This document shows positions 7,904 through 17,938 of a DNA stretch of 32,920 bases, piece by piece. The notes under the pieces were generated by a model. It was not told the DNA's origin. It ran no database searches and saw nothing but the letters and a program-made list of their open reading frames with translations. Position 1 is the first letter of the stretch. Every line of letters starts with the position of its first letter. The translations under genes were made by a program, and so were the position numbers. Source of the DNA: Thermoleophilaceae bacterium (GTDB lineage: Bacteria; Actinomycetota; Thermoleophilia; Solirubrobacterales; Thermoleophilaceae); NCBI GenBank assembly GCA_036724195.1, contig DAIMGB010000001.1, positions 21,648-54,567 on the forward strand, given 5' to 3'.

Positions 7904-10226
7904 GGAGCACCTCCTGCAGCAGCGCCGCGTCGAGCTCACCGAGCCGTGCGAGCCGGCCGATGACCTCCTCGACCTCGCCGACGTAGGCGTCGCGCGCGGC
8001 CCGTACCTCGTCGCCGCCGGGATTGACCAGGTCGCGATTGGCCGCGAGCTTTATCGCCGCCCCGAACAGCTCGCGGGAGACCGCGTCGGCGTTGTGGACC
8101 TGCCCCTGCAGCAGCAGCTGGCGCCCGTAGCCCTGGGCCTCATCCAGGAACGCGCGGCGGTCCCAGCCCCTGCGCGGATCGCGCTGCGCCAGGCGGCGGG
8201 CGACCACGAGCTGCGCTTCGAGGAACGGCCGCAGCACCCGATTCGCCAGGAGCGTCGGCGCCCCGGCGAGCATCTCGCTCGCCGTCAGCCCCGCCCCGGC
8301 GCCGTTCTCGGCGGCGCGCGCGACGAGCTCCAGCTCGCAGGACAGCTCGTCGCGGAAGCGAGCCTTGTCGGCGAAGAAGAACTCGAACTTGAGCAGGTCG
8401 CGGAGCGCGAGCGCATCCTCCCAGGCGGCGTCGAACGCGTCTCCCTCGAGGCGGACGTCGCCCGCGCGCAGGAGGACGAGCTCGACGATCGCGCGGTTGA
8501 CCAACCAGTGAATCGCGCCGTTGCGGTAAAAGGCGGCGACGTGGTGGCCGCCCGGCGCGATCGACCACACCGGCTCATCGCCGCCGTCGAAACGGCTCGC
8601 CACGCCCGCGTCCACGAGGGCGTCGAGGGCGGCACCCAGCGCCGAAAGGCGTCGCAGCCCCGCGATCGGTCCGGGGATGCCGCGCAGCTGCGTGTAGCCG
8701 AGCAGCGGGGCGGTCACGCGCTGCACCTGGCCTAGCGTCAGTGCCCGGTCGCGCGCCCCGAGCAGGGCAAACGTCACCAGCGAGCTGCCGGTCATCGGCG
8801 TGGCCCGGTTGATCCCCTCGCAGACCGCGAAGGCGACCTTCTCCAGCCGCGCCGGCCCGTCACCCGCCTCGTCGAGCGCACCGCGCAGCGAGAAGGGTTC
8901 GCCGAAGGTCACGCGGGCAGTGCCGACGTTGCGGCGCTGGCGGCGCACGTAGTCCACGAACCATCTGACGCCCTCGCGGCGCTTGGCCGCGCCGCCGTCC
9001 TCGGCGGCGATCGCCGTGACCTCCTGCATCTGCTCGTAGACGATGGAGACCGGGACCAGCTGGACGTCCTCCGCGCGGCCGTGCTCGACGGCGTGGACGA
9101 GGTAGTGCAGCAGCCCGTAGTGGGGCGGGCGCAGCTTGCCCGTCCGCGTGCGCCCGCCCTCCATGTACCACTCGAGGTTGAAGCGCTTGGCGACGACGTG
9201 CCCGAGCAGCTCGCGGATCGCGAGCTTGTAGATCTTGTCGTCGCCGAAGTTGCGCCGGATGAAGATGACGCCCGCGCGCCGGCCCAGCGGGCCGATCGGG
9301 AAGAACGCCATGTTGTCGCCGCCGACCACATGGTTGGGCGGGAAGTCGTGGCGGTGCAGGACGTCGCCGAGCACGAGCGGGTCGACGTAGGAGCGATGGC
9401 TGGGCAGGAAGACGAGCGCGTGGCGCTTGTTGAGCTGGCGCAGGCGCTCGAGCGAGCCAACGTCGACCTCGACGGTCCACGCGCGCGCATGCATCGGGCT
9501 GAGCACGATGCGGAAGACGTCGACGGCGACCGGACTCTGCACCGTCGCGAGCTCGCGCAGGGCGCCCTCGGCGTCGGCGAGCACGTCGCCGGCCGGGCGG
9601 CCGAGCTCCTCGGCGAGCCGGGCCACCTCCTCGCGGAAGCGCGCGGACGCCGTGATGTGCTCGGCGACCAGCCGCGGGACCTTGTAGCGGTCGCCGATGA
9701 TGGCCCGCTCGGCTCGATCGCAGGCGAGCACCGCCTGGCGGCCGACGAACGCCGCCAGCGCGCCGTCCCCACCGCCCCCGGTCTGCTCCTCAAAGCGCTG
9801 GCGCAGCTCGCCCGCACGCGCAGGCTCCCCGGCGAGCACCCGCGCGCGGTCGGGCTCGCGCCGAGCGATCCGCGGCTGCATACGCGACCACGGCTGGCGC
9901 GGGTTGGTCAGCGCGAGCAGGTCGGCGACGCGCACGCTGCGGTCGCCGTCGCGCTCGCGCGGCAGCCAGGCAACCCGCACGGGCACGACGAGGGGATCGC
10001 CGTCGCCGTCGAGCCGCCGGACCAACGCGGGGTCGTCGACCGCGGTGAGGGGCGCCCCGGGATAGGTGTTGTGCGCCCAGCGCTCGACGAGCTCGCGCTC
10101 GGTGGGCGTCCGCGCGATGACGACGACGACAGCGTCATCTCCCGGCCGATGCTCGCGGCCGCGCATGCCGACGGTAGTGCTCGCGGGGGCCGTCACCCGG
10201 GCTCTGTTCCATGGCCAGAGCGACAC
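7887..10226 (-). CDS. plsB: glycerol-3-phosphate acyltransferase, PlsB type
   Basis: 779 aa with LPSHRSYVDP (HX4D), FFIRR-like IFIRRNF and the EGGRTRTGKL block. The start is uncertain: GTG 10226 or ATG 10166. Confidence 0.85.
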   Translation of the reverse strand: MSLWPWNRARVTAPASTTVGMRGREHRPGDDAVVVVIARTPTERELVERWAHNTYPGAPLTAVDDPALVRRLDGDGDPLVVPVRVAWLPRERDGDRSVRVADLLALTNPRQPWSRMQPRIARREPDRARVLAGEPARAGELRQRFEEQTGGGGDGALAAFVGRQAVLACDRAERAIIGDRYKVPRLVAEHITASARFREEVARLAEELGRPAGDVLADAEGALRELATVQSPVAVDVFRIVLSPMHARAWTVEVDVGSLERLRQLNKRHALVFLPSHRSYVDPLVLGDVLHRHDFPPNHVVGGDNMAFFPIGPLGRRAGVIFIRRNFGDDKIYKLAIRELLGHVVAKRFNLEWYMEGGRTRTGKLRPPHYGLLHYLVHAVEHGRAEDVQLVPVSIVYEQMQEVTAIAAEDGGAAKRREGVRWFVDYVRRQRRNVGTARVTFGEPFSLRGALDEAGDGPARLEKVAFAVCEGINRATPMTGSSLVTFALLGARDRALTLGQVQRVTAPLLGYTQLRGIPGPIAGLRRLSALGAALDALVDAGVASRFDGGDEPVWSIAPGGHHVAAFYRNGAIHWLVNRAIVELVLLRAGDVRLEGDAFDAAWEDALALRDLLKFEFFFADKARFRDELSCELELVARAAENGAGAGLTASEMLAGAPTLLANRVLRPFLEAQLVVARRLAQRDPRRGWDRRAFLDEAQGYGRQLLLQGQVHNADAVSRELFGAAIKLAANRDLVNPGGDEVRAARDAYVGEVEEVIGRLARLGELDAALLQEVLHGDAG

Positions 10227-10316
10227 GCGCGCCGATCGACGGCGCGCCGTGCACGCGCGCCGAACCGCTCACTCGTCGGATAGACCTGTGAGGCGAGTGC
10301 ACGCACGCCGAGACAT

Positions 10317-10332
10317 GTTAGCCCTCGTTCAC
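10317..10332. promoter_or_regulatory. candidate operator, site a (GTTAGC CCTC GTTCAC)
   Basis: Member of the 16-bp palindrome family. It is followed after 6 nt by a TAnnnT box, TAGACT (10339-10344). ATG 10354 follows 9 nt later with no SD, which fits a leaderless or near-leaderless ACAD mRNA. Confidence 0.45.
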
Positions 10333-10353
10333 GGCCGTTAGACTTCGGCGGCC

Positions 10354-11499
10354 ATGGACTTCGGCCTCTCCGACGAGCAGCGCGACTTTCGCGACAGCGT
10401 GGCGGCCTTCGCCCGTGCGAAGATCGCCCCCCACTACGCCGAGGACGACCGCCGTGGCGAGTTCCGGCGCCAACTGCACAGCGACATGGCCGGTCAGGGC
10501 CTGGTCGGCGTGCGCATCCCGGAGGAGTACGGGGGTCAGGGCGCCGACGCGGTGACCACCGGCATCGCAGGCGAGGAGATCGGCCGCGCCGACCTCAACG
10601 CCGCGTACCTTCTGCTGATCCCGTCGCTGGTCGGTGAGATCATCCGCGCGGCCGGCGACGAGCGCCAGCGACGCGACTGGCTGCCGGAGATCGCCGACGG
10701 CAGCGTGCTGCCCTGCTTCTGCCTCACCGAGCCCGACGCCGGCTCGGACGCCGCGAGCATCACCGTCCGCGCCGAGCGCGACGGCGGCGGCTGGCGGATC
10801 ACAGGCGAGAAGACGTCGATCTCCCTCGGAACAGTGGCCGACACGGCCCTGGTCATGGCTCGCACGGGTGAGGCGGGCCCGCGCGGCGTCAGCGCGTTCT
10901 ATTTCCGGCTCGACGACCGCTACCTCCAGCGCGGGGCGTTCTCGGACCTCGGCGGCCGCTCGATCGGGCGCGCCTCGCTGGCCTTCGACGGTCATCCCGT
11001 CCAAGCGGAGGCACTCGTGGGCGCCAGCGGCGAGGGGTTCGTGCGCACGATGCAGGGCTTCGACTACTCACGCGCGATGATCGGCCTGATGTGCCTGGGC
11101 ACCGCGCAGGCGGCTCTGGATGATGCCTTCGCCTACGCCAAGCAGCGCGTCGCCTTCGGGCAGCCGATCTCGCGCCAGCAGGGAGTCGCGTTCCCGCTCG
11201 TGGAGCTGGCCACGCAGATCAAGGCAGCGAGGCTGCTCTGCTTCGAGGCCCTGTGGCGCAAGGACGCTGGCCTGCCCCACGGCCTGGAGGGCAACATGGC
11301 CAAGTGGTGGGCGCCCAAGCTCGCCGTCGAGGCCTGCCACCAGTCGCTGCTGACCTTCGGACACACCGGCTACAGCGACGAGGTGCCCCAGGGTCAGCGG
11401 ATGCGCGACGCGATCGGCCTGGAGATCGGCGACGGCACCGCGCAGATCGCCAAGCTCGTAGTCGCCCGGCACATGCTCGGACGCGAGTTCGCGCCCTGA
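10354..11499 (+). CDS. acyl-CoA dehydrogenase
   Basis: 381 aa. Typical ACAD N-terminus MDFGLSDEQRDF. Also CLTEPDAGSD, QRVAFGQPI and a C-terminal IGDGTAQI block. Confidence 0.9.
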   Translation: MDFGLSDEQRDFRDSVAAFARAKIAPHYAEDDRRGEFRRQLHSDMAGQGLVGVRIPEEYGGQGADAVTTGIAGEEIGRADLNAAYLLLIPSLVGEIIRAAGDERQRRDWLPEIADGSVLPCFCLTEPDAGSDAASITVRAERDGGGWRITGEKTSISLGTVADTALVMARTGEAGPRGVSAFYFRLDDRYLQRGAFSDLGGRSIGRASLAFDGHPVQAEALVGASGEGFVRTMQGFDYSRAMIGLMCLGTAQAALDDAFAYAKQRVAFGQPISRQQGVAFPLVELATQIKAARLLCFEALWRKDAGLPHGLEGNMAKWWAPKLAVEACHQSLLTFGHTGYSDEVPQGQRMRDAIGLEIGDGTAQIAKLVVARHMLGREFAP

Positions 11500-11551
11500 T
11501 CGGGCCCCCGAGCCCGCCCTCCGCGCGGAGTAACGGCCCGGCGCTCAGGCA

Positions 11552-12406
11552 TCATCGGTCCTGGAAATGAGGCTCGCGCTTCTCGGTGAAGGCCGTCGTG
11601 CCCTCACGGTGATCGTCGGTTGCGCTGGCCAGGAACTGCGCCTGCATCTCGCTGCGCAGCGTGGTGGCCAGGTCTGCGGCCGTCGCGCTGCGCATCGCGT
11701 GCTTGGCCAACCGGACCCCGAACGGGGCGCGCGCGCCGATCTCTGCACACAGCGCGAGCGCCTCGTCCAGCAGCCGGTCCGGCGGATGGACGGCCTCTAC
11801 GAGCCCGATGGCCTGCGCCTCCTCGGCCTCGACGTAGCGCCCCGAGAACAGCAGCCGCGCGGCCTGGCCGGGGCCCACGGTACGCGGCAAGGTGTAGGAG
11901 ACGCCGTAGTCTGGTCCGAGCCCCACGCGCACGAACGCGAAGCCCAGCCGGGAGCCCTCGGCGGCGTAGCGCACGTCGCACAGCAGCGCGAGCCCCACGC
12001 CGGCGCCCGCGGCTACGCCGTTGATCGCCGCGATCAGCGGCTTGGGGAAGTCCCACACCGCCTCGATCGCGGCGAGCATCGGCGCGACGCGGCGCATGCG
12101 CTCGACCGTCCCCCACGCCTGACGCGAGGCCTGGTCCTTGACGTCGCCGCCGGCGCAGAAGGCGGCGCCCGCGCCGGTCAGCACGACCGCGCGAATCGTC
12201 TCCTCGCCGGCCGCGCGTGTCAGCACGGTGGCGAGCTGGGCGATCTGCTCCCAGGCGATCGCGTTGCGGCGCTCGGGCCGGTTGAGGGTGACGACGAGCG
12301 TGGCTCCGGTCCGCTGGCAGCGCAGCCAGTCGTCGATGCCCGCGACGAGATCTCCCTCCCCCGCGCCGGGGTGTGACGCCCCTGGGCCGGCCTGTATCGT
12401 GGACAC
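11552..12406 (-). CDS. enoyl-CoA hydratase/isomerase (crotonase fold)
   Basis: LNRPERRNA, GAGAAFCAGGDV and AAINGVAAGAGVGLAL blocks. The GTG start is 6 nt after the upstream stop. Confidence 0.85.
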   Translation of the reverse strand: MSTIQAGPGASHPGAGEGDLVAGIDDWLRCQRTGATLVVTLNRPERRNAIAWEQIAQLATVLTRAAGEETIRAVVLTGAGAAFCAGGDVKDQASRQAWGTVERMRRVAPMLAAIEAVWDFPKPLIAAINGVAAGAGVGLALLCDVRYAAEGSRLGFAFVRVGLGPDYGVSYTLPRTVGPGQAARLLFSGRYVEAEEAQAIGLVEAVHPPDRLLDEALALCAEIGARAPFGVRLAKHAMRSATAADLATTLRSEMQAQFLASATDDHREGTTAFTEKREPHFQDR

Positions 12407-12412
12407 GGCGGC

Positions 12413-12847
12413 TCAGACGACCGTGGCGACTGCTGTGGCACGGATCGCGTCGTCGCCGGTCTGACGCGTCACCCGCAGCGAGCACTCGGCGCGGCGTTCG
12501 CCGTCGGCCTCGTAGATGCGCTCCACCCGCCCCGTGAACCTGAGCGTGTCGCCGGGCCACACCTGGCCCGTGAAGCGGATCTGGTAAGAGCGCACGTTGG
12601 CGCGCCCCAGCCAGCGCGCGACGACCCCTCCGAGCATGCCCCCGTGCATGAGCCCCATCGCGAAGACCGTCGGCATCCCCGCCGAACGAGCGAACTCCTC
12701 GTCGTGGTGAATGGGGTTGAAGTCCCCGCCCGCGCCCGCGTAGCGCACGATGTCGGTGCGCGTGATCGGGCCGACCGTGAGCTCCGGCGCCTCGTCACCC
12801 TCCACGAGCGCGATCGACTCACGCGAGTTCAGCGGTCTCGCGCTCAT
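12413..12847 (-). CDS. MaoC-like (R)-specific enoyl-CoA hydratase, hotdog fold
   Basis: YAGAGGDFNPIHHDEEFA hydratase motif. 144 aa. ATGA overlap with the upstream gene. Confidence 0.85.
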   Translation of the reverse strand: MSARPLNSRESIALVEGDEAPELTVGPITRTDIVRYAGAGGDFNPIHHDEEFARSAGMPTVFAMGLMHGGMLGGVVARWLGRANVRSYQIRFTGQVWPGDTLRFTGRVERIYEADGERRAECSLRVTRQTGDDAIRATAVATVV

Positions 12848-13293
12848 CCGCCGGTCTCGATGATCGTGTCGTTCTGGCGCATGACGAGCTCTCCATCCTG
12901 ATTGCGAAACTCAGTCTCGATGACCACGAGCGTCATCGTGCCGCCACGCTTGCCCTCGCGCGCGGTCACGTCGCGGACACGTCGCGTGGCGGTCAGCTCG
13001 TCCCCCACGTACACCGGGTCGAGGTACTCCCAGCCCACCTCGCCGTGCAACAGACGGCGCAGGTCGAGCTCCAAGCGCTCAAGCATGTCGTCGGCGACGC
13101 GCCAGTGCATCGCAAGCACCGCGACATTCAACGGCGCGGGGATGGCCGGATAGCCGGCCGCGCGCGCGGCATCCTCGTCGACGTAGACGGGGTCGCCGTC
13201 ATACGCCGTGAGTGCGAGCTCACGGACCTTGCTGGCATCGACCGGGAAGCGCAACTCGTCAAGCTCGAGACCAATGTGCGAGGCGTCAGCCAC
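12844..13293 (-). CDS. MaoC_dehydrat_N-like hotdog subunit, probable partner of the adjacent MaoC protein
   Basis: The track ORF is trimmed to GTG 13293, which has GGGAGG 5 nt upstream. The protein begins VADASHIGLELDELRFPVD. The gene is coupled at both ends: an 8-nt overlap upstream and an ATGA overlap downstream. Confidence 0.7.
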   Translation of the reverse strand: MADASHIGLELDELRFPVDASKVRELALTAYDGDPVYVDEDAARAAGYPAIPAPLNVAVLAMHWRVADDMLERLELDLRRLLHGEVGWEYLDPVYVGDELTATRRVRDVTAREGKRGGTMTLVVIETEFRNQDGELVMRQNDTIIETGG

Positions 13294-14347
13294 CGACGCC
13301 TCCCGCGGGCACTTGCGCCAGCGGGGCGCAGGCGTCGATGAGCGAGGCGATGTTCTCCTCCACCCGCTCGGGCGAGGAGACGATCGACGGCGAGTAGAGG
13401 ATGACGTGGTCGAGCACGCCCTCATAGCGGCGCAGGCCGTCGCGGATCGCCTGCGCGCTCGACCCGGTGACCGCGATCGCGTCGATCATCTCGTCGGTCA
13501 CCGCGGCGAACATCGCGGGCAGGTCGCGGCGGCCGAAGGCCTCCCGGATCGCTTCCGCCTCGGCGGAGAAGCCGCTGACCTCCAGCAGCTTGTCGTAGGT
13601 CTTCACGGATGAGTAGAAGGCGATCTGCGCCGCGGCCTCGCGGCGCGCCTGCTCGCCGTCGGGGTGCAGCGAGCAGATGACCATGCCAACCATCTCTAAC
13701 TCGGCGACGTCGCGCCCAGCGTGCTGCGCGCCGCGCTGGAGCGCGGGGCGGGCCACTTCCTCGGCGTACCTGACGGTCAGCAGCGGGTGGCAGGCGAGCC
13801 CGTCGGCCACCCGGCCGGCCGCCTCGATCATCCGTGGGCGCACGCCGGCGATGATGACCGGGATACGCTCGCGTAGCGGCTCGGGCACCGGCCCCGTGGG
13901 CACCAGACGCAGATGGTAGAAGCGCCCGTCGTGCTCGACCGGTCCCTCGTGCAGGCGCCAGACGCGGCGCAGCAGCGGCACGAGCTCCTCCATGCGCAGC
14001 GCGGGCGCGTCGGGGTCCTGGCCGTGCCAGTCGCGGATCATGGTCCGCGTCCCGTTGCCCAGGCCGAGCACCAGGCGCCCGCCCGAGAGCTCGTCGAGGT
14101 CACGTGCCTCGCCGGCGAGTACGAGCGGCGTGCGGCCGATGCCGTACAAGATCGAGGAGCCCAGCCGGCAGCGCTCGGTGGCAGCCGCCATCGCCGCAAG
14201 CGAGACCACGCCCGAGCGGGTGTAGAACTCACTTGTCCACGTGGCGTCGAGACCCGCGTGATCGGCCTCGGCGGCCAGGCGCGCGGTCGCGGCGAGCGTC
14301 GAGCCCAGCACGGAGATGCCGTAGGTGGTGGCTGCGCGCTCAGGCAT
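13286..14347 (-). CDS. LLM-class (luciferase-like) flavin/F420-dependent oxidoreductase
   Basis: AEADHAGLDATWTSEF, GRLVLGLGNG and related LLM blocks. I chose ATG 14347 (MPERAATTYGISVLG). It overlaps the SDR stop as ATGCCTGA. Confidence 0.8.
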   Translation of the reverse strand: MPERAATTYGISVLGSTLAATARLAAEADHAGLDATWTSEFYTRSGVVSLAAMAAATERCRLGSSILYGIGRTPLVLAGEARDLDELSGGRLVLGLGNGTRTMIRDWHGQDPDAPALRMEELVPLLRRVWRLHEGPVEHDGRFYHLRLVPTGPVPEPLRERIPVIIAGVRPRMIEAAGRVADGLACHPLLTVRYAEEVARPALQRGAQHAGRDVAELEMVGMVICSLHPDGEQARREAAAQIAFYSSVKTYDKLLEVSGFSAEAEAIREAFGRRDLPAMFAAVTDEMIDAIAVTGSSAQAIRDGLRRYEGVLDHVILYSPSIVSSPERVEENIASLIDACAPLAQVPAGGVGG

Positions 14348-15140
14348 GCATGTACAGGCCGCCGGAGATGGTGTGCACCTCGCCGGTGATGTACGCGGAC
14401 TCGTCACTGGCCAGGAACAGCGCCAGCTTGGCGACGTCCTCGGGGGCGCCCAGCCGCTTGACCGACGTCTGCTCCTGCATCGCCTCCAGCGAGCCCTCCG
14501 GGTAGATGCGCGCGAGGAACGGGTTCATGATCACGCCGGGCGCGATCGCGTTGACCCGCACGCCCCTGGGCCCGCACTCCGCCGCGGCCGCGCGCGTAAG
14601 GCCCATGACGCCCGCCTTCGCGGCGCAGTAGGCCGCCTCGCCCATCGACGAGCCCAGGTAGCCCGCCACCGACGCCATGTTCACGATCGCCCCCGAGCCC
14701 CGCTCGAGCATCCCGGGCAGCACGGCCCGCATGCAACGAAAGGTGCCCTGCAGGCAGACGCCGAGCACGAGGTCCCACGTCGCGTCGTCGATCTCCCACA
14801 CCGGCCTGAGCTCGTTGATACCGGCGTTGTTGAACAGGACGTCGATGCGGCCATGGCGGTCAAGCGCGGTCCGGACGGCCCCATCCACCTGCTCCTGGTC
14901 GCGAACGTCCAGCGCCAGTCCGACGATCTCCCGGCCGGCCTCGCCGGACAGCTGCTCGGCAACCTCACCCGCGCGGCGCGCATGGGCGTCGGTGAGCACC
15001 ACCTCCGCTCCCTCCAGGGCAAAGCGCCGAGCGACCGCGTGCCCGATCCCGGCACCAGCCGCGCCCGTGACCAGGGCGACCCGGCCGGCCAGTTGGCCCC
15101 GCCCCAGCGCCTGCTCGCCTGCTGGCTGTGTCCCGTCCAT
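14340..15140 (-). CDS. SDR family oxidoreductase (FabG-like)
   Basis: VTGAAGAGIGHA Gly-rich loop, NNAG and YCAAK (YxxxK). GGAGG lies 4 nt upstream of ATG 15140. The track start, GTG 15143, is one codon earlier. Confidence 0.85.
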   Translation of the reverse strand: MDGTQPAGEQALGRGQLAGRVALVTGAAGAGIGHAVARRFALEGAEVVLTDAHARRAGEVAEQLSGEAGREIVGLALDVRDQEQVDGAVRTALDRHGRIDVLFNNAGINELRPVWEIDDATWDLVLGVCLQGTFRCMRAVLPGMLERGSGAIVNMASVAGYLGSSMGEAAYCAAKAGVMGLTRAAAAECGPRGVRVNAIAPGVIMNPFLARIYPEGSLEAMQEQTSVKRLGAPEDVAKLALFLASDESAYITGEVHTISGGLYMHA

Positions 15141-15167
15141 CACGCCTCCGATCCCGTGTCACACGAT

Positions 15168-15183
15168 GTTAGCGATCGTTCGC
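15168..15183. promoter_or_regulatory. candidate operator, site b (GTTAGC GATC GTTCGC), weakest member
   Basis: Lies in the 25-nt gap between the beta-type ACAD stop and the SDR start, inside the operon. The right half-site deviates from the family (GC instead of AC). Confidence 0.3.
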
Positions 15184-16278
15184 ATCGCCGGCGGGGACGA
15201 CCCCGTCGCCCGCGCCATAAAGCCGCGTCGCCGTGATCAGCGGCCACAGCCCGCTGCCGCCGCCCGTCAATGCGACCCTGCCCAGCCGCGCAGCCCAGAC
15301 GATCTCAGAGCCGTGCTCCTCACGCCACGACCAGAGGCGCCTGGTCAGATGGTGCAGCCGGTGCTCGCGCGTGAAGCCGATCGCCCCGTGCACCTGATGG
15401 GCGATCTCAGATCCAACGCCGGCTGCGCGGCCGGCCCGCACCTTGGCCGCGGCAATCTCGTTGCGGGCGTCGCCCCCGGCCTCCAGCGCAGCCAGCGCGA
15501 GGTCGACGGCGCCACCGGCGGCGGCCGCCTCGGCGGCCAGGAGCGCGAGCTGCTGGCCGACGGCCTGGAAGCGTCCTATGGGCCGTCCGAACTGCACGCG
15601 CTCGCCCGCGTAGGCCACGCTGAGCTCGAGAGCACCGGCCAGCGCTCCCGCAATCTGCGCGGCGCGAAGCAGCGCGGCCCGGTGCTCCAGCTGTGACGGC
15701 GACGGCTGGCGTGACGCGGGGGCGCAGTCCCGTGCATCAACCTCGACACCGTCAAAGCACACGGCGTCGCGCGGCTCGCCGGCCAGGTTGGTCCCGTGCT
15801 CGACGGCGCACGTCCCCGGGTCGACGGCGCACACCTCGATGCCGTCGGGGCTGTCGGCCAGGACGGCGATGCGCGTCGCCAGCGAGCCCCAGGGAACCCG
15901 GGAGGCGCGACCCGTGAGATACAAGCCGTCACGTGTGCGCCGCGCGCTCACGCCCGTCCAGACGGCAGCGAGAGGCCCGGCGGGCACCGGGAGCCCGGCC
16001 GTTGCCAGCGCATGCCCGGCGAGCAGGCCCGTCTCCCCGAGCGGGACCGGCGCGGCGTGCTGGGCGGCGAGCCGTGCGACGGCCACCGTGTCGGCGACAC
16101 CTGCACCGCCCCCGCCCGCGGCTTCAGCGACCGGCGCGAGCGGCAGGCCGGCCTGCTCGAGCAGCGCCCACAGCTCGGCGGGCCAACCGGCCTCAGCGGC
16201 CGCGACAACCTCGGGTCCGCAGCGCTCGCCCAGCATCCGGCCCACGCTGTCCAGCAGCAGATCACGGTGCTCGCTCAT
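15169..16278 (-). CDS. acyl-CoA dehydrogenase family protein, beta-subunit-like
   Basis: ACAD-like N- and C-terminal helices are present (ERVQFGRPIGRFQAV, HGAIGFTREH). It lacks the C-terminal G-G/E-G-T block found in the catalytic ACADs of this window. Confidence 0.75.
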   Translation of the reverse strand: MSEHRDLLLDSVGRMLGERCGPEVVAAAEAGWPAELWALLEQAGLPLAPVAEAAGGGGAGVADTVAVARLAAQHAAPVPLGETGLLAGHALATAGLPVPAGPLAAVWTGVSARRTRDGLYLTGRASRVPWGSLATRIAVLADSPDGIEVCAVDPGTCAVEHGTNLAGEPRDAVCFDGVEVDARDCAPASRQPSPSQLEHRAALLRAAQIAGALAGALELSVAYAGERVQFGRPIGRFQAVGQQLALLAAEAAAAGGAVDLALAALEAGGDARNEIAAAKVRAGRAAGVGSEIAHQVHGAIGFTREHRLHHLTRRLWSWREEHGSEIVWAARLGRVALTGGGSGLWPLITATRLYGAGDGVVPAGDANDR

Positions 16279-16340
16279 CGCGCCCCCAGCTCAGATCCCT
16301 GGCCGCGCCACGTGTCGCTGAGGCGATCGGGGGCGGCGTC

Positions 16341-17147
<807 letters not shown>

Positions 17148-17171
17148 GCGGTGGTTCCTTTCGGATCGAGG

Positions 17172-17911
17172 TCAGCGGCTCGCGCCGACCGCGAGGCCCA
17201 TGTCGGGGAAGGGGACGGGAGCCGCCTGGTGGCCGCAAGCCCGGCGGACGAGGCCACCGACGTCGTCCGGGGTCAGCGGCCGGTCCAGCACGACCTCGGC
17301 CGCGACGGTCGGGGGCTTGAGGATCTGCACTACGCCGCCGCCGACCACGAGCAGCTGACCGGAGCAGCGTGCGCCGGCTGCGGACGCCAGGTACAACACG
17401 GCGGGCGCCACGTGGGCGGGGTCCCAGCAGTCGAAGGCGCCGTCGGCGGCGCCGATCTCGCCGAACGTGCCCTCGGTCATCCGCGTGCGCGCACGCGGGG
17501 CTATCGCGTTGGCCGTCACGCCGTAGCGGCCCATCTCGCGTGCGACCGCGACGGCGAAGCCGGCGATGCCCGCCTTGGCCGCGGCGTAATTCGCCTGGCC
17601 GGCGTTGCCGTACAGCCCCGCTTCGGAGGACATGCAGACAATCCGCCCGTCCGCCGGCCGCCCGGTCTCCTTGGCCTGTGCGCGCCAGTGCACGCACGCC
17701 GCTCGGGTGACACAGAAGTGCCCGCGCAGGTGCACCCGGATCACCGCGTCCCAAGCCTCCTCGCTCATCGAGAAGAGCATCTTGTCGCGTAAGATCCCAG
17801 CGTTGTTGACGACGATGTCCAGACGTCCGTAGCGCTCCAGCGCGGCTGCGATCATCGCATTTGCCGCCCCGCCCCGGTGACGATCGCCACCTTGCCCTCT
17901 AGCGCTCCCAT
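17172..17911 (-). pseudogene. MFE-2 / HSD17B4-type (3R)-hydroxyacyl-CoA dehydrogenase SDR, disrupted by an internal out-of-frame deletion
   Basis: GAGGA plus ATG 17911 open a 19-codon ORF, MGALEGKVAIVTGAGRQMR, with its stop at 17854-17852. This is only the beta1 strand and Gly-loop. The 227-aa track ORF starts at ATG 17855 in another frame (ATGA overlap). It begins at MIAAALERYGRLDIVVNNAGILRD, so roughly 60 aa of the Rossmann fold are missing. Confidence 0.6.
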
Positions 17912-17938
17912 TCGGTCCTCGCTGTCATCGATGTTTGG

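Noticed and set aside
3108-10283. Long plus-strand ORFs across the lipid operon (3108-4253, 4115-4942, 5538-6671, 7866-8735, 9081-10283)
   Set aside because: All are antisense to minus-strand genes with clear catalytic motifs (gpsA, GxSxG hydrolase, HHxxxDG, HX4D twice). Their products are low-complexity.
11500-11551. CTCCGCGCGGAG palindrome between convergent genes as a terminator
   Set aside because: The stem is very short and essentially has no loop or U-tract. That is not enough to call a terminator.
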